DNA of 64,000 nucleotides from Escherichia coli (GCF_024298765.1 NZ_CP101210.1), one strand, 5' to 3'; positions 47,229 to 61,177 are shown, counted from the first letter of the stretch. The notes: generated by a model not told the origin, from the letters alone. Made by a program: numbers and translations.

Positions 47229-47891
47229 ATGAAATCTATTGTTAATCATGAGTTTACTGAGGATGACAGGCAGCTTTTGCTCTCATATATTCCATTCATC
47301 GACAGTCTTGGTCAGTTCTTGGGTGAGTATTGCGAGATCGTCCTGCATAGTTTTGAGGACTTGCATCATTCCGTTATTCATATCGTTAACGGGCATGTGA
47401 CGGGGAGAGAGAAGGGGGCACCTGTAACAAATATAGCACTGGAAAAACTGGCAGAATTTAACTCAACAAACGATATGTGGGATGTCTATTTCAACCATAA
47501 AGGCGTTCGCCCTTTTAAATCATCGTCATCACTTATTCTGAATAAAAATAAAGAACCAGTAGGTATGATATGTATGAACTTTGCTCTGGATATGCCTCTT
47601 AATGCATTTATTGAAAACTTTGCAAAATCGTCAAACTGTAAAAACGAAAATTTCACTCAGGATATCAATAATCTTGTGCTTAGTCACCTTGAACCTGTTA
47701 AAAATATGGTTTACTCCAATAAGAATATACCAAGTAAAAACAAGAACTTTGAAATAGTAAAAGAACTTAATTCTATTGGGTTGTTTAAGTTCCCGGTTAC
47801 AACAAAAATTGTTTCATCGGTTCTTGGTATCAGTGCTAACACTATTTATAAACATCTCAGGGTATTAAATAATAAGGGGAAGGAGAATTAA
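47229..47891 (+). CDS. YheO-like PAS-domain transcriptional regulator
   Basis: 220 aa; divergent from the MFS-RidA-isomerase operon; C-terminal HTH VLGISANTIYKHLR. Confidence 0.5.
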   Translation: MKSIVNHEFTEDDRQLLLSYIPFIDSLGQFLGEYCEIVLHSFEDLHHSVIHIVNGHVTGREKGAPVTNIALEKLAEFNSTNDMWDVYFNHKGVRPFKSSSSLILNKNKEPVGMICMNFALDMPLNAFIENFAKSSNCKNENFTQDINNLVLSHLEPVKNMVYSNKNIPSKNKNFEIVKELNSIGLFKFPVTTKIVSSVLGISANTIYKHLRVLNNKGKEN

Positions 47892-48778
47892 GGTGTCTGT
47901 ATTCTGAACTTATAAGTAAGTTGTTTGTCTGAAGCGTATTGATATTTATTTTTCGGTTAGAGCAACTTTCTAGGGAAACAGATCGCGTATCCAGTTTGCC
48001 TGTCATTCCTAGATATGTTCAATGACGTAACGCAGCCATTTTTCTGGAGCCATATTGTTCAGACGGCATGTACCAATCCGCAGGTACAGCATCGCCGCAT
48101 CCTCAAGTAATGCCGGTAATTTGGGGCGTAATTCTGTTGCGCTTTTACTGAACACAATGCCGTATTCAGTAAGAAGTCCAAGAACATGATCTATCAGTTG
48201 TGTCCTTCCATCGAGATCAACCGATGCATTTTCAAAAAAGCCTGGACGTTCTGTAGGTCCAGACTTTTTATTGGTACCAGTCGTATAGTTCTATATTGAT
48301 AGGTTTCAGCTATTGCTGTGCGTTGTTATAATCATTTTTCTGACGCCATTGATAAGATTTAACATGTTGTGCTGGATGCAATATTACATCATAGTTGAGT
48401 TCCCTTATTTCCTGTGGGCAGTGATGGGATGTCCCGCAAGCCTTCATCGCAACGGTCATTTTGGCTGTTATACCAGCCAGTTAAGCAGTTGGTTGTGAGA
48501 AAGTTTGATCTTTCCCGCGTGATTGCCACGAGCATTGATACTGAAAAGATAAAAGTTCGTTTTAGCCTGAGCGATGTCGGTAATTTTCTGTTCAATCATG
48601 GCCTTTCTCTTACTTTTGTGGTTAAAATTTATTCGCTATGGCGCAATTGAAAGCGGTCGTGAAGGTGGGGGAAGACTATCTCATCACTTACCATATTTCC
48701 GACATATTCTCACAACAAAATACCACGTAACTATTGATGAATATTGTTCTCTCCTGAGCAGCGTTTATGCTTTAATTG

Positions 48779-48794
48779 CTAAATCGATTTAATT
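48779..48794 (+). promoter_or_regulatory. candidate ScrR operator upstream of scrK
   Basis: Near-palindrome GCTAAATCGATTTAAT inside larger inverted repeat AATTGCTAAA...TTTAGCAATT, 30 bp before the scrK start. Confidence 0.45.
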
Positions 48795-48823
48795 AGTTTA
48801 GCAATTAGTATATTGGAGCCTTT

Positions 48824-49744
48824 ATGAGCACAAGAGTATGGGTACTTGGTGATGCGGTTGTTGATTTATTACCCGAAAGCCAGGGGAGACTACTACAGTG
48901 TCCTGGCGGGGCGCCTGCTAATGTTGCAGTCGGTATCGCAAGGCTGGGGGGGAAAAGTGCCTTTATTGGCAAAGTTGGCGATGATCCTTTCGGTCGCTTT
49001 ATGTATCAGACACTGAGTACAGAAAATGTTGATACACGTTATATGTCTCTTGATCCTCAACATCGCACCTCAATTGTGGCTGTAGGACTTGATGAGCAAG
49101 GAGAAAGAAACTTTACCTTTATGGTACGCCCAAGTGCCGATCTTTTTTTACAACCTGATGGCCTTCCTGCATTTGGGCCGGGTGAATGGCTCCATCTTTG
49201 TTCCATTGCGCTCAGTGCAGAACCTTCCCGAAGTACCGCATTTCTGGCTATGGAGAAAATACGTCAGGCTGGCGGAAACATCAGTTTTGATCCCAATATC
49301 CGCAGCGATCTCTGGCAGAGTGAAGCGCTATTAAGGAAATACCTTGATCGCGCACTTTCGCTGGCGAATATCGCTAAATTGTCCGAAGAAGAGTTGCTAT
49401 TCATCAGTGGCGAAAGCCAGGTTCAGCAAGGCGCATATTCATTAGTACAACGTTATTCGTTGACTTTATTGCTTATCACACAAGGAAAAAATGGCGTACT
49501 TGTGTATTTTCAGGGGCAGTTTATCCACTATCCCGCCAAACCTGTTTCTGTCGTCGATACGACCGGGGCAGGAGATGCTTTTGTCGCTGGATTACTTGCC
49601 GGTCTGGCTGATTCTGGAATACCAACAAATACCAGACAGCTTGAACGAATCATTGTACAAGCTCAGATTTGTGGTGCTCTGGCGACCACGGCTAAAGGCG
49701 CGATGACCGCCTTACCCCGACAACACGATCTCCCTTCACAATAG
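48824..49744 (+). CDS. scrK: fructokinase
   Basis: 306 aa; ribokinase/pfkB family motifs (GGAPANVA; DTTGAGDAF); first gene of scr cluster. Confidence 0.85.
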   Translation: MSTRVWVLGDAVVDLLPESQGRLLQCPGGAPANVAVGIARLGGKSAFIGKVGDDPFGRFMYQTLSTENVDTRYMSLDPQHRTSIVAVGLDEQGERNFTFMVRPSADLFLQPDGLPAFGPGEWLHLCSIALSAEPSRSTAFLAMEKIRQAGGNISFDPNIRSDLWQSEALLRKYLDRALSLANIAKLSEEELLFISGESQVQQGAYSLVQRYSLTLLLITQGKNGVLVYFQGQFIHYPAKPVSVVDTTGAGDAFVAGLLAGLADSGIPTNTRQLERIIVQAQICGALATTAKGAMTALPRQHDLPSQ

Positions 49745-49795
49745 TGATCCTGCTGTTGTATCTGTAACCCGATTTGTCGTGCCTGTCACATTTAC

Positions 49796-49866
49796 TAAAT
49801 CGGTTTAGCGAAAATAATTGCTTTGGCTAAAAAGTCAGCTTTATTATCAACACCTAAACCGGTTTA
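49796..49866 (+). promoter_or_regulatory. scrY promoter region with two palindromic LacI-type operators
   Basis: TAAATCGGTTTA at 49796-49807 and perfect palindrome TAAACCGGTTTA at 49855-49866. Confidence 0.55.
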
Positions 49867-49887
49867 GCATTTTAGCAATTTTTATAA

Positions 49888-51429
<1,542 letters not shown>

Positions 51430-51489
51430 TACCAGACAACCTCACAGATGTGAAGTTTTTACTGAAATAACAATGAATTAGAGGGTTAT

Positions 51490-52860
51490 ATGGATTTCGA
51501 TAAAATCGCCCAATCGTTGCTTCCTTTATTAGGTGGTAAGGAGAACATCGCCAGTGCAGCACATTGCGCCACTCGCCTACGGCTGGTACTGGTTGACGAC
51601 ACACTTGCCGATCAACATGCCATTGGCCAGATTGATGGAGTGAAAGGTTGTTTTCGTAATTCAGGGCAAATGCAAATTATCTTTGGCACCGGCGTGGTTA
51701 ATAAAGTCTATGCTGCCTTTATTCAGGTTGCAGGTATTAGCGAATCCAGTAAAGCAGATATCGCTCGACTCGCCGCTCAAAAACTCAATCCTTTTCAGCG
51801 AATAGCACGGCTACTTTCTAATATTTTTGTCCCCATCATTCCAGCCATTGTTGCTTCTGGTTTATTAATGGGGCTTCTGGGAATGGTGAAAACATATGGC
51901 TGGGTGAATACCGATAATGCGATTTATATCCTGCTGGATATGTGCAGTTCAGCCGCATTTATTATTCTCCCCATCCTTATTGGCTTTACTGCTGCTCGTG
52001 AATTTGGTGGAAATCCTTATCTTGGCGCGACATTAGGAGGGATTCTGACTCACCCGGCACTCACAAATGCCTGGGGCGTTGCTGCGGGATTTCAGACAAT
52101 GAACTTCTTCGGTTTTGAAATCGCCATGATTGGCTATCAGGGAACGGTTTTCCCCGTGCTTCTGGCAGTATGGTTTATGAGCATAGTGGAAAAACAGTTA
52201 CGCAGGTTTATCCCTGATGCTCTGGATCTCATTCTGACGCCATTTCTGACTGTCGTCATTTCTGGCTTTATCGCTCTTTTGATTATTGGTCCGGCAGGAC
52301 GAGCGTTAGGTGACGGTATCTCTTTCGTTCTCAGCACGCTGATTGCACACGCAGGCTGGTTAGCAGGGTTGTTATTCGGCGGGCTATATTCAGCGATTGT
52401 TATTACGGGTATTCATCATAGCTTCCACGCAATTGAAGCAGGACTTTTAGGTAACCCTGCAATCGGTGTTAATTTCCTGCTGCCTATTTGGGCAATGGCA
52501 AACGTTGCGCAAGGCGGTGCATGTCTGGCGGTATGGTTTAAAACCAAAGATACAAAAATTAAAGCAATCACCCTACCCTCGGCCTTTTCCGCAATGTTAG
52601 GGATTACTGAAGCCGCTATTTTTGGTATCAACCTTCGTTTTGTTAAACCTTTTATTGCGGCCTTAATTGGTGGCGCTGCCGGCGGTGCCTGGGTTGTCTC
52701 TGTTCACGTTTATATGACTGCCGTTGGTCTGACCGCAATACCCGGCATGGCAATCGTTCAGCCAACATCGTTGGTTAATTATATTATTGGAATGGTGATT
52801 GCTTTCGCTGTCGCTTTTAGCCTCTCTTTATTATTCAAATACAAAACGGACGAGGAGTAA
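51490..52860 (+). CDS. scrA: PTS sucrose-specific EIIBC component
   Basis: 456 aa; EIIB Cys motif (AAHCATRLRL) then membrane EIIC domain. Confidence 0.85.
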   Translation: MDFDKIAQSLLPLLGGKENIASAAHCATRLRLVLVDDTLADQHAIGQIDGVKGCFRNSGQMQIIFGTGVVNKVYAAFIQVAGISESSKADIARLAAQKLNPFQRIARLLSNIFVPIIPAIVASGLLMGLLGMVKTYGWVNTDNAIYILLDMCSSAAFIILPILIGFTAAREFGGNPYLGATLGGILTHPALTNAWGVAAGFQTMNFFGFEIAMIGYQGTVFPVLLAVWFMSIVEKQLRRFIPDALDLILTPFLTVVISGFIALLIIGPAGRALGDGISFVLSTLIAHAGWLAGLLFGGLYSAIVITGIHHSFHAIEAGLLGNPAIGVNFLLPIWAMANVAQGGACLAVWFKTKDTKIKAITLPSAFSAMLGITEAAIFGINLRFVKPFIAALIGGAAGGAWVVSVHVYMTAVGLTAIPGMAIVQPTSLVNYIIGMVIAFAVAFSLSLLFKYKTDEE

Positions 52861-54269
52861 TGTCGATGCCTTCACAAATGCCCGCGATTTTACAGGCAGT
52901 GATGAAAGGTCAGTCCAAAGCACTGGCAGATGCCCACTATCCTTGTTGGCATCTCGCTCCCGTCACCGGACTAATGAACGATCCAAATGGCTTTTGCTGG
53001 TCTGGAGGCCGCTATCATCTGTTTTATCAGTGGAATCCACTGGCTTGTGATCATAAGTACAAATGTTGGGGGCACTGGAGTTCGACGGATTTATTGCACT
53101 GGCAGCATGAACCATTAGCGCTAATGCCCGATAAAGAGTACGACCGTAATGGTTGTTACTCAGGAAGCGCGGTTAATAATCAGGGCGTTCTCACACTTTG
53201 CTATACCGGTAATGTTAAGTTTGATGATGGCAGCAGAACGGCATGGCAATGTCTGGCCACCGAAAATAACCAGGGCGGGTTTGATAAACTAGGCCCTGTC
53301 ATATCGTTACCTGATGGTTACACCGGACATGTTCGTGATCCAAAAGTCTGGAAGCACAACAGCCAATGGTACATGGTGCTTGGCGCGCAAGATAAAGAGA
53401 AACGGGGGAAAGTGCTGCTGTATTCCTCTGTCGATCTGAATACCTGGTCTTTTCATGGAGAAATTGCTGGTAACGGTCTGAATGAAATAGATAACGCAGG
53501 ATACATGTGGGAATGTCCTGATCTTTTCGCCCTTGATGGTGAATACATTCTCCTCTGTTGCCCCCAGGGAATGGTGCGCGAACATGAGCGCTATCTGAAT
53601 ACTTATCCCTGCGCCTGGCTACATGGACAGTTTGATTACGAGACAGGCAAATTTACGCATGGCGCTTTCTCAGAGCTGGATGCGGGATTTGAATTCTATG
53701 CACCACAGACGATGGAAGCCCCGGACGGGCGACGATTGCTGGTCGGCTGGATGGGGGTTCCTGATGGCGAAGAGATGTTGCAGCCAACCAGAAAGCATCA
53801 TTGGCAGCATCAAATGACCTGTTTTCGCGAACTCTCATTCCAGAAGGGAAAATTGTTTCAGATGCCAATCAGGGAACTCGCGCAACTGCGTGAAGCTGAA
53901 CACTTCTGGCAAGGAAAAGCGGATCATGCGCCGCATGTCGAAATTGAACGCCTGGAAATGGACATCATTCCGTCGGGTGAGCTGTATCTGAATTTTGGCA
54001 ATGCGCTGGCACTGCATCTTAATGACGATGGTATTCAACTACAGAGGAGAAGCCTTGCAGGGCAAGAGAAACTAACTCGTTACTGGCGAGGAAGCGTAAC
54101 GTCACTGAAGATTCTCTGTGACAGTTCCAGCGTAGAGATATTCATCAATAATGGTGAAGGTGTAATGAGTAATCGTTATTTTCCCCATCATCCAGCTTCG
54201 CTGATATTACAGGGTGAGTCTGACGTCACGTTACGCTACTGGTCGCTACGCGCCTGCATGGTAGAATGA
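52860..54269 (+). CDS. scrB: sucrose-6-phosphate hydrolase (GH32)
   Basis: 469 aa; GH32 motifs NDPNG, RDP, EC; start overlaps scrA stop (TAATG). Confidence 0.85.
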   Translation: MSMPSQMPAILQAVMKGQSKALADAHYPCWHLAPVTGLMNDPNGFCWSGGRYHLFYQWNPLACDHKYKCWGHWSSTDLLHWQHEPLALMPDKEYDRNGCYSGSAVNNQGVLTLCYTGNVKFDDGSRTAWQCLATENNQGGFDKLGPVISLPDGYTGHVRDPKVWKHNSQWYMVLGAQDKEKRGKVLLYSSVDLNTWSFHGEIAGNGLNEIDNAGYMWECPDLFALDGEYILLCCPQGMVREHERYLNTYPCAWLHGQFDYETGKFTHGAFSELDAGFEFYAPQTMEAPDGRRLLVGWMGVPDGEEMLQPTRKHHWQHQMTCFRELSFQKGKLFQMPIRELAQLREAEHFWQGKADHAPHVEIERLEMDIIPSGELYLNFGNALALHLNDDGIQLQRRSLAGQEKLTRYWRGSVTSLKILCDSSSVEIFINNGEGVMSNRYFPHHPASLILQGESDVTLRYWSLRACMVE

Positions 54270-54294
54270 GGGTTTTGAATTACGGATCCTCGTC

Positions 54295-55302
54295 GTGAGA
54301 AAAACCAAACGCGTTACTATTAAAGACATTGCTGAACTGGCGGGAGTGTCGAAAGCAACCGCCAGTCTGGTTCTCAATGGTCGTGGCAAAGAGTTACGTG
54401 TTGCGCAGGAAACGCGTGAGCGTGTGCTGAGTATTGCCCAACAGCAGCATTATCAGCCCAGCATTCATGCCCGCTCATTACGGGACAACCGCAGTCATAC
54501 CATTGGTCTCGTCGTTCCTGAAATCACTAACTACGGATTTGCAGTATTTTCCCATGAACTGGAAACATTGTGTCGGGAAGCGGGCGTCCAACTCCTCATA
54601 TCCTGTACTGATGAAAATCCTTCACAGGAAACAATGGTGGTGAACAATATGATTGCCCGCCAGGTTGATGGGTTAATCGTCGCATCCAGTATGCTGCATG
54701 ATAATGACTATCAAAAACTTAGCGAGCAATTACCTGTTGTGTTGTTCGATCGCCACATGAACGGCAGCACATTGCCATTGGTCATTACTGACTCTGTTTC
54801 TCCCACCGCCGCTCTGGTGGCAGATATTGCACGGAGTCACCCGGATGAATTCTATTTTCTGGGGGGACAACCCCGTTTGTCACCGACTCGCGATCGACTG
54901 GAAGGATTTACACAAGGCTTGCAGCAAGCCGGAGTAACGCTACAACCTGAATGGATTATTCACGGTAATTATCATCCGAGCTCAGGCTATGAAATGTTTG
55001 CCGCGCTATGCGCTCGTTTAGGACGTCCTCCTAAAGCCTTATTCACTGCCGCTTGTGGATTACTGGAAGGCGTTCTGCGCTATATGAGCCAATATAATTT
55101 ACTCGACAGTACAATCCACCTGGCGAGTTTTGATGATCATTATTTGTATGATTCACTTTCGGTAAGAATCGACACAATACAACAGGATAATCGCCAACTT
55201 GCTTTTCACTGCTTTGAGCTTATTTCGCAACTGATTGAAGGTGAAACGCCATCCCCATTACAGCGTTATCTTCCTGCCAGTTTACAAAAACGCTATAGAT
55301 AA
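54295..55302 (+). CDS. scrR: LacI-family sucrose operon repressor
   Basis: 335 aa; GTG start; N-terminal [25 protein letters not shown]. Confidence 0.8.
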   Translation: MRKTKRVTIKDIAELAGVSKATASLVLNGRGKELRVAQETRERVLSIAQQQHYQPSIHARSLRDNRSHTIGLVVPEITNYGFAVFSHELETLCREAGVQLLISCTDENPSQETMVVNNMIARQVDGLIVASSMLHDNDYQKLSEQLPVVLFDRHMNGSTLPLVITDSVSPTAALVADIARSHPDEFYFLGGQPRLSPTRDRLEGFTQGLQQAGVTLQPEWIIHGNYHPSSGYEMFAALCARLGRPPKALFTAACGLLEGVLRYMSQYNLLDSTIHLASFDDHYLYDSLSVRIDTIQQDNRQLAFHCFELISQLIEGETPSPLQRYLPASLQKRYR

Positions 55303-55380
55303 TTTATTAATTATCTTATGTAGCTGAGTATTAGGTGACAAATGATCAGTCTTTCCCACGACAATTGTATCGTTCTGATG

Positions 55381-55690
55381 AACTCATATTGACGCATTTT
55401 TCGGGCGTATCAGCCCCCGGTGTTACGAATGGTGCATACGAACGATCGCAGTTTGACGATGGTTGATTTATTTTGTTGCGCAGGGGCAATCGCCTGCTAG
55501 GTACCGAAGGCTGGCTCTGAAGTACTGAGTCGGGTGATCGCGTCTGGCCGCTGGCTGCGAATTACTGACACGGGATTGGTGGCAGGTGATGAAATCCTGT
55601 CCCGGAAATGGCTCCGGATTGATTCAAGTTCTGACCCGCTGTCAGCCCGCGTGGTTGCTGCTCTGGCTCATTTCCTGTCGTCAGTTTTCT
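55381..55690 (+). repeat. copy 2 of diverged intergenic repeat (partner at 30024-30240), ~110 bp longer
   Basis: Same conserved blocks as copy 1 with an extra internal segment (about 55520-55630). Confidence 0.5.
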
Positions 55691-55853
55691 CATGCCCGGC
55701 TGCGGGTTTTCGGACTGAATGATAATATCTGACGACAGGAGTCGCTCATCTATCGAAGGTAAATCTCCCTGAAAGTAATAGTTCTGGCAGGGGGAACAGA
55801 ACTGTAATCATTGTGCCGTAATTTGAGTTGGCTACCTTTGCTACATGAAAACT

Positions 55854-56327
55854 TTATTCACTTTGTTCATGTTGATTGGGTTTTTCAATGAGGAAAGTTT
55901 CCAGGGTACAATCTCCATTAACCTGTTTCCGCAAAGCAAGTGGCATTTTACCGTTACCAGACCACGTCCTGGTTTCGCCGTTCTCATCCTCAAAGATATA
56001 TTTCGCTTTTCTCACACCGCCTTTGGGTTTTCGTTTGGTTTCCGTTGTCCCTGCAATAGCAGAAACTGGACCCTGCCATTCTTCCGGGTCAAGCCCCACA
56101 GAAACGATGTACTCAAATACCTGTTGACATTTAGTTTCCAGTTCCTTACGTTCAGCCGCTTTTCGTTCAGCATCTTCACGGCGTTCTTCAATAACAGTGT
56201 TGAGCTTTTCCTGCATGTCGAGTAATTGCTCAAAATCAAGTTCGCGTACATACGTGCGTAGTGAACGAATATTCGTCATTGTCCGACTGATGATGCTGTA
56301 TTCTTCTTCTTTAGTCAGTTTGCACAT
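55854..56327 (-). CDS. H-NS family nucleoid-associated protein (island-borne paralogue)
   Basis: 157 aa; C-terminal KYIFEDENGETRTWSGNGKMP matches the H-NS DNA-binding motif; strong RBS AGAGGGG. Confidence 0.75.
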   Translation of the reverse strand: MCKLTKEEEYSIISRTMTNIRSLRTYVRELDFEQLLDMQEKLNTVIEERREDAERKAAERKELETKCQQVFEYIVSVGLDPEEWQGPVSAIAGTTETKRKPKGGVRKAKYIFEDENGETRTWSGNGKMPLALRKQVNGDCTLETFLIEKPNQHEQSE

Positions 56328-56645
56328 AATTCCCCTCTCTTTTGCAATAAACGTGTTTTCTCTGGTGGGTTGATTACCCAGTCTTTTTTACTGTGTCTGA
56401 CATTTTGTACTGTGGTGCAGTTGTAATGCAAACCTTCCGGGCTTCTGGGACACAGCATTTCAGTCCGGGCCCCATCATTACCATTTTGTTGATTCGAAAC
56501 GAAAACCCTCACCAATATCGATCGATTTTACCGATCGATATGATCACATCGATCGGTTGTAACCATTTTACCCTGTCTTTTGCATGGTTTTAAAATAGGC
56601 AACCCTCTTTGTCGGGTAGGGCAAGAACCAACGGAGATGATTGAA

Positions 56646-57383
56646 ATGAAAAAGGTTATTGCGGTTTCAGCGCTTGCAATGGCAGGCATGTTTTCGGCCC
56701 AGACTCTGGCTGATGAGAGCAAAACAGGCTTTTATGTGACCGGTAAAGCCGGTGTTTCTGTTATGTCACTTTCAGAGCAACGTTTCGTTGATGGTGAAGG
56801 GGCATGGGCGGATAAATACAAAGGCAGTGACAAAAGTGATACGGTTTTTGGCGCAGGCCTTGCGGTGGGATACGATTTTTATCAGCACTACAATGTGCCG
56901 GTGCGTACTGAAGTGGAGTTTTATGGCCGCGGTAACGCTGAATCAAAATATCGTCTGAGTTATTGGGAAAGTGCCGGTGGTGCCGAGTTCGATGATGCAC
57001 AGAACAAGCTCAGTGTAAACACGCTGATGCTGAATGCGTATTATGATTTCAGAAACAGCAGTGCATTCACGCCATGGATATCTGCTGGTCTGGGTTATGC
57101 ACGGGTTCATCATAAAACTTCGTACATATATACCGATAACAGCCCGGCAGGCAGTGAAGTTTATTCAGCTTCAGCGTCAAAATACGAAAACAACCTGGCA
57201 TGGAGCCTGGGTGCCGGTGTTAAATACGATGTGACGCAGGATTTCAGCCTTGACCTCAGCTACCGGTATCTGGATGCAGGGGATTCCACTCTGACTTATA
57301 AAGATGAGGATGGTGCTAAATATAAATCCTCTGTTGATGTCAGAAGTAACGAGTTTATGTTAGGTGCAACATATAACTTCTGA
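56646..57383 (+). CDS. outer-membrane beta-barrel protein (OmpA-like/opacity family)
   Basis: Start at ATG 56646; signal peptide MKKVIAVSALAMAGMFSAQTLA; alternating aromatic pattern and C-terminal ...YNF. Confidence 0.6.
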   Translation: MKKVIAVSALAMAGMFSAQTLADESKTGFYVTGKAGVSVMSLSEQRFVDGEGAWADKYKGSDKSDTVFGAGLAVGYDFYQHYNVPVRTEVEFYGRGNAESKYRLSYWESAGGAEFDDAQNKLSVNTLMLNAYYDFRNSSAFTPWISAGLGYARVHHKTSYIYTDNSPAGSEVYSASASKYENNLAWSLGAGVKYDVTQDFSLDLSYRYLDAGDSTLTYKDEDGAKYKSSVDVRSNEFMLGATYNF

Positions 57384-58039
57384 CAGCCATTTCTGCCTGC
57401 GCTTTGGAGCACAGTAAAGTGCAGGTATGACAAATCAATAACAGATATCCTGATGATATTCTCCCTCTGGCAACTAATAATTTCAGATGAATGAAATATA
57501 AATAGAGCAAAAATATTACTTTCGTTGATTTTTTACAGGGGGCAGGTAGCGCGCAGTATGGTTGTCAGTCTGTTAAATGAAAAAGGACTGTTGTTGGGAC
57601 ACGTTGTTTTTTGTCATATCAGCCCTTCCGGAAACAATAAACCGTATTACGAAGGAGGCTCCCGGACATCTGGTTTAAAGTTTGAACATAATCAAATAAA
57701 AATCTGTTGCCGGAGGGCGTAGTTTTGTGGAACTGACAAATGATGTCAGGAGTATTTATATAATTCACTTACACAAGAGTAATACTACAGGTGCAGTGAT
57801 TTATGGTTGACTCAACGAGAAATCGCTCAGCGGAGCGTTTGACTGGATATCGGTAGCGGGATGTCCTTTATGTCATTTTTGCCTTCTGCCGTAGGAACCA
57901 CAACGTGGGCCCAGACCCGTTGCTTCTCCTTCGGACTCTGTGCCGTATCATCACTGCGGAAGTTCCTGAGAAACCACTGTGAGAGCATGTGCTGATTTCT
58001 GGTGTATCCCATAATAGTATCCTTACATCACTGAATACA

Positions 58040-58712
58040 ATTTAATCGTAAGCTCCATCGGCGGCGGCTGACCTGATTTTCCGGTGGGTTTGCCGGATTA
58101 ACCCGGGGAAGGCCTCTGAGTCCGTAACGTTGTTCAGCGACAGGTCAGCGCAGATGATTTCATGTGTTTTACTGTCAACTGCCAGATGCAGCTTACGCCA
58201 TATACGACGGCGTTCCTGGCCATGCTTTTTGACTTTCCACTCGCCTTCACCGAAGACCTTCAGCCCGGTGGAATCAATTACCAGGTGTGCGATTTCACCC
58301 CGGGTGGGCGTTTTGAAACTGATATTAACCGACTTTGCCCGCCTGCTGACACAGCTGTAATCCGGGCAGCGTAGCGGAACGTTCATCAGAGAAAAAATGG
58401 AATCAATAAAGCCCTGCGCAGCGCGCAGGGTCAGCCTGAATACGCGTTTAATGACCAGCACAGTCGTGATGGCAAGGTCAGAATAGCGCTGAGGTCTGCC
58501 TCGTGAAGAAGGTGTTGCTGACTCATACCAGGCCTGAATAGCTTCATCATCCAGCCAGAAAGTTATGGAGCCACGGTTGATGAGGGCTTTATTGTAGGTG
58601 GGCCAGTTGGTGATTTTGAACTTTTGCTTTGCCACGGAACGGTCTGCGTTGTCGGGAAGATACGTGATCTGATCCTTCAACTCAGCAAAAGTTCGATTTA
58701 TTCAACAAAACC
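58040..58712 (-). mobile_element. IS903: IS903, truncated (about 670 of 1057 bp retained)
   Basis: Inverted repeat GATTTATTCAACAAAACC ending at 58712 beside the bla stop; transposase ORF breaks off after ...ADGAYD. Confidence 0.8.
58042..58680 (-). pseudogene. IS903 transposase, C-terminally truncated
   Basis: 212 aa matching the N-terminal two-thirds of IS903 transposase as recalled. Confidence 0.8.
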
Positions 58713-58714
58713 AG

Positions 58715-59608
<894 letters not shown>

Positions 59609-59706
59609 TCAATCCGTGTTACATCAGTATTCCCTAAATTCCACGTGTGTTTTTTATTAGCTTCAAAAATCACTATTTCACGAAGAATTTAGACTGCTTC
59701 TCACAC

Positions 59707-59736
59707 ATTGTAACATTATTTACAACCACCTTTCAA
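59707..59736 (-). promoter_or_regulatory. ISEcp1 outward promoter for blaCTX-M (-35 TTGAAA, -10 TACAAT)
   Basis: Minus strand reads TTGAAA-18 bp-TACAAT between the IS10 insertion and the ISEcp1 right end. Confidence 0.6.
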
Positions 59737-59821
59737 TCATTTTTGATAAATCATTGATTTCATCTTTGCTGCAATGATACTTAATAAACTCTGCAAGTTA
59801 TCCACAGAGCAACACTCAATT

Positions 59822-61150
59822 CTGAGAGATCCCCTCATAATTTCCCCAAAGCGTAACCATGTGTGAATAAATTTTGAGCTAGTAGGGTTGCAGCCACGAG
59901 TAAGTCTTCCCTTGTTATTGTGTAGCCAGAATGCCGCAAAACTTCCATGCCTAAGCGAACTGTTGAGAGTACGTTTCGATTTCTGACTGTGTTAGCCTGG
60001 AAGTGCTTGTCCCAACCTTGTTTCTGAGCATGAACGCCCGCAAGCCAACATGTTAGTTGAAGCATCAGGGCGATTAGCAGCATGATATCAAAACGCTCTG
60101 AGCTGCTCGTTCGGCTATGGCGTAGGCCTAGTCCGTAGGCAGGACTTTTCAAGTCTCGGAAGGTTTCTTCAATCTGCATTCGCTTCGAATAGATATTAAC
60201 AAGTTGTTTGGGTGTTCGAATTTCAACAGGTAAGTTAGTTGCTAGAACCCATGGCTCCTTTGCCGACGCTGAGTAGATTTTAGGTGACGGGTGGTGACAA
60301 TGAGTCCGTGTCGAGCGCTGATTTTTTCGGCCTTTAGAGCGAGATTTATACAATAGAATTTGGCATGAGATTGGATTGCTTTTAGTCAGCCTCTTATAGC
60401 CTAAAGTCTTTGAGTGACTAGATGACATATCATGTAAGTTGCTGATAGGTTTCCAGTTTTCCGCTCCTAGGTCTGCATATTGTACTTTTCCTCTTACTCG
60501 ACTTAACCAGTACCAACCCAGCTTCTCAACGGATTTATACCATGGCACTTTAAAGCCAGCATCACTGACAATGAGCGGTGTGGTGTTACTCGGTAGAATG
60601 CTCGCAAGGTCGGCTAGAAATTGGTCATGAGCTTTCTTTGAACATTGCTCTGAAAGCGGGAACGCTTTCTCATAAAGAGTAACAGAACGACCGTGTAGTG
60701 CGACTGAAGCTCGCAATACCATAAGTCGTTTTTGCTCACGAATATCAGACCAGTCAACAAGTACAATGGGCATCGTATTGCCCGAACAGATAAAGCTAGC
60801 ATGCCAACGGTATACAGCGAGTCGCTCTTTGTGGAGGTGACGATTACCTAACAATCGGTCGATTCGTTTGATGTTATGTTTTGTTCTCGCTTTGGTTGGC
60901 AGGTTACGGCCAAGTTCGGTAAGAGTGAGAGTTTTACAGTCAAGTAATGCGTGGCAAGCCAACGTTAAGCTGTTGAGTCGTTTTAAGTGTAATTCGGGGC
61001 AGAATTGGTAAAGAGAGTCGTGTAAAATATCGAGTTCGCACATCTTGTTGTCTGATTATTGATTTTTCGCGAAACCATTTGATCATATGACAAGATGTGT
61101 ATCCACCTTAACTTAATGATTTTTACCAAAATCATTAGGGGATTCATCAG
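59822..61150 (-). mobile_element. IS10: IS10 (1329 bp) inserted in ISEcp1
   Basis: Ends CTGAGAGATCCCCTCATAATTTCCCC (59822) and CTGATGAATCCCCTAATGATTTTGG (61150); perfect 9-bp direct repeat CACTCAATT at 59813-59821 and 61151-61159. Confidence 0.95.
59835..61043 (-). CDS. IS10 transposase
   Basis: 402-aa ORF matching IS10 transposase as recalled. Confidence 0.9.
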   Translation of the reverse strand: MCELDILHDSLYQFCPELHLKRLNSLTLACHALLDCKTLTLTELGRNLPTKARTKHNIKRIDRLLGNRHLHKERLAVYRWHASFICSGNTMPIVLVDWSDIREQKRLMVLRASVALHGRSVTLYEKAFPLSEQCSKKAHDQFLADLASILPSNTTPLIVSDAGFKVPWYKSVEKLGWYWLSRVRGKVQYADLGAENWKPISNLHDMSSSHSKTLGYKRLTKSNPISCQILLYKSRSKGRKNQRSTRTHCHHPSPKIYSASAKEPWVLATNLPVEIRTPKQLVNIYSKRMQIEETFRDLKSPAYGLGLRHSRTSSSERFDIMLLIALMLQLTCWLAGVHAQKQGWDKHFQANTVRNRNVLSTVRLGMEVLRHSGYTITREDLLVAATLLAQNLFTHGYALGKL

Positions 61151-61177
61151 CACTCAATTTTATTGATGATATTCTTA

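Noticed and set aside
47960-48270. Minus-strand coding-like segment ending ...RIGTCRLNNMAPEKWLRYVIEHI with no start codon
   Set aside because: Looks like the 3-prime remnant of a truncated gene, but the family could not be recognised and there is no start; too uncertain to call.
57827-58012. 61-aa minus-strand ORF beside truncated IS903
   Set aside because: Short, spans the IS903 truncation junction, no family recognised; likely a junction artefact or gene fragment.
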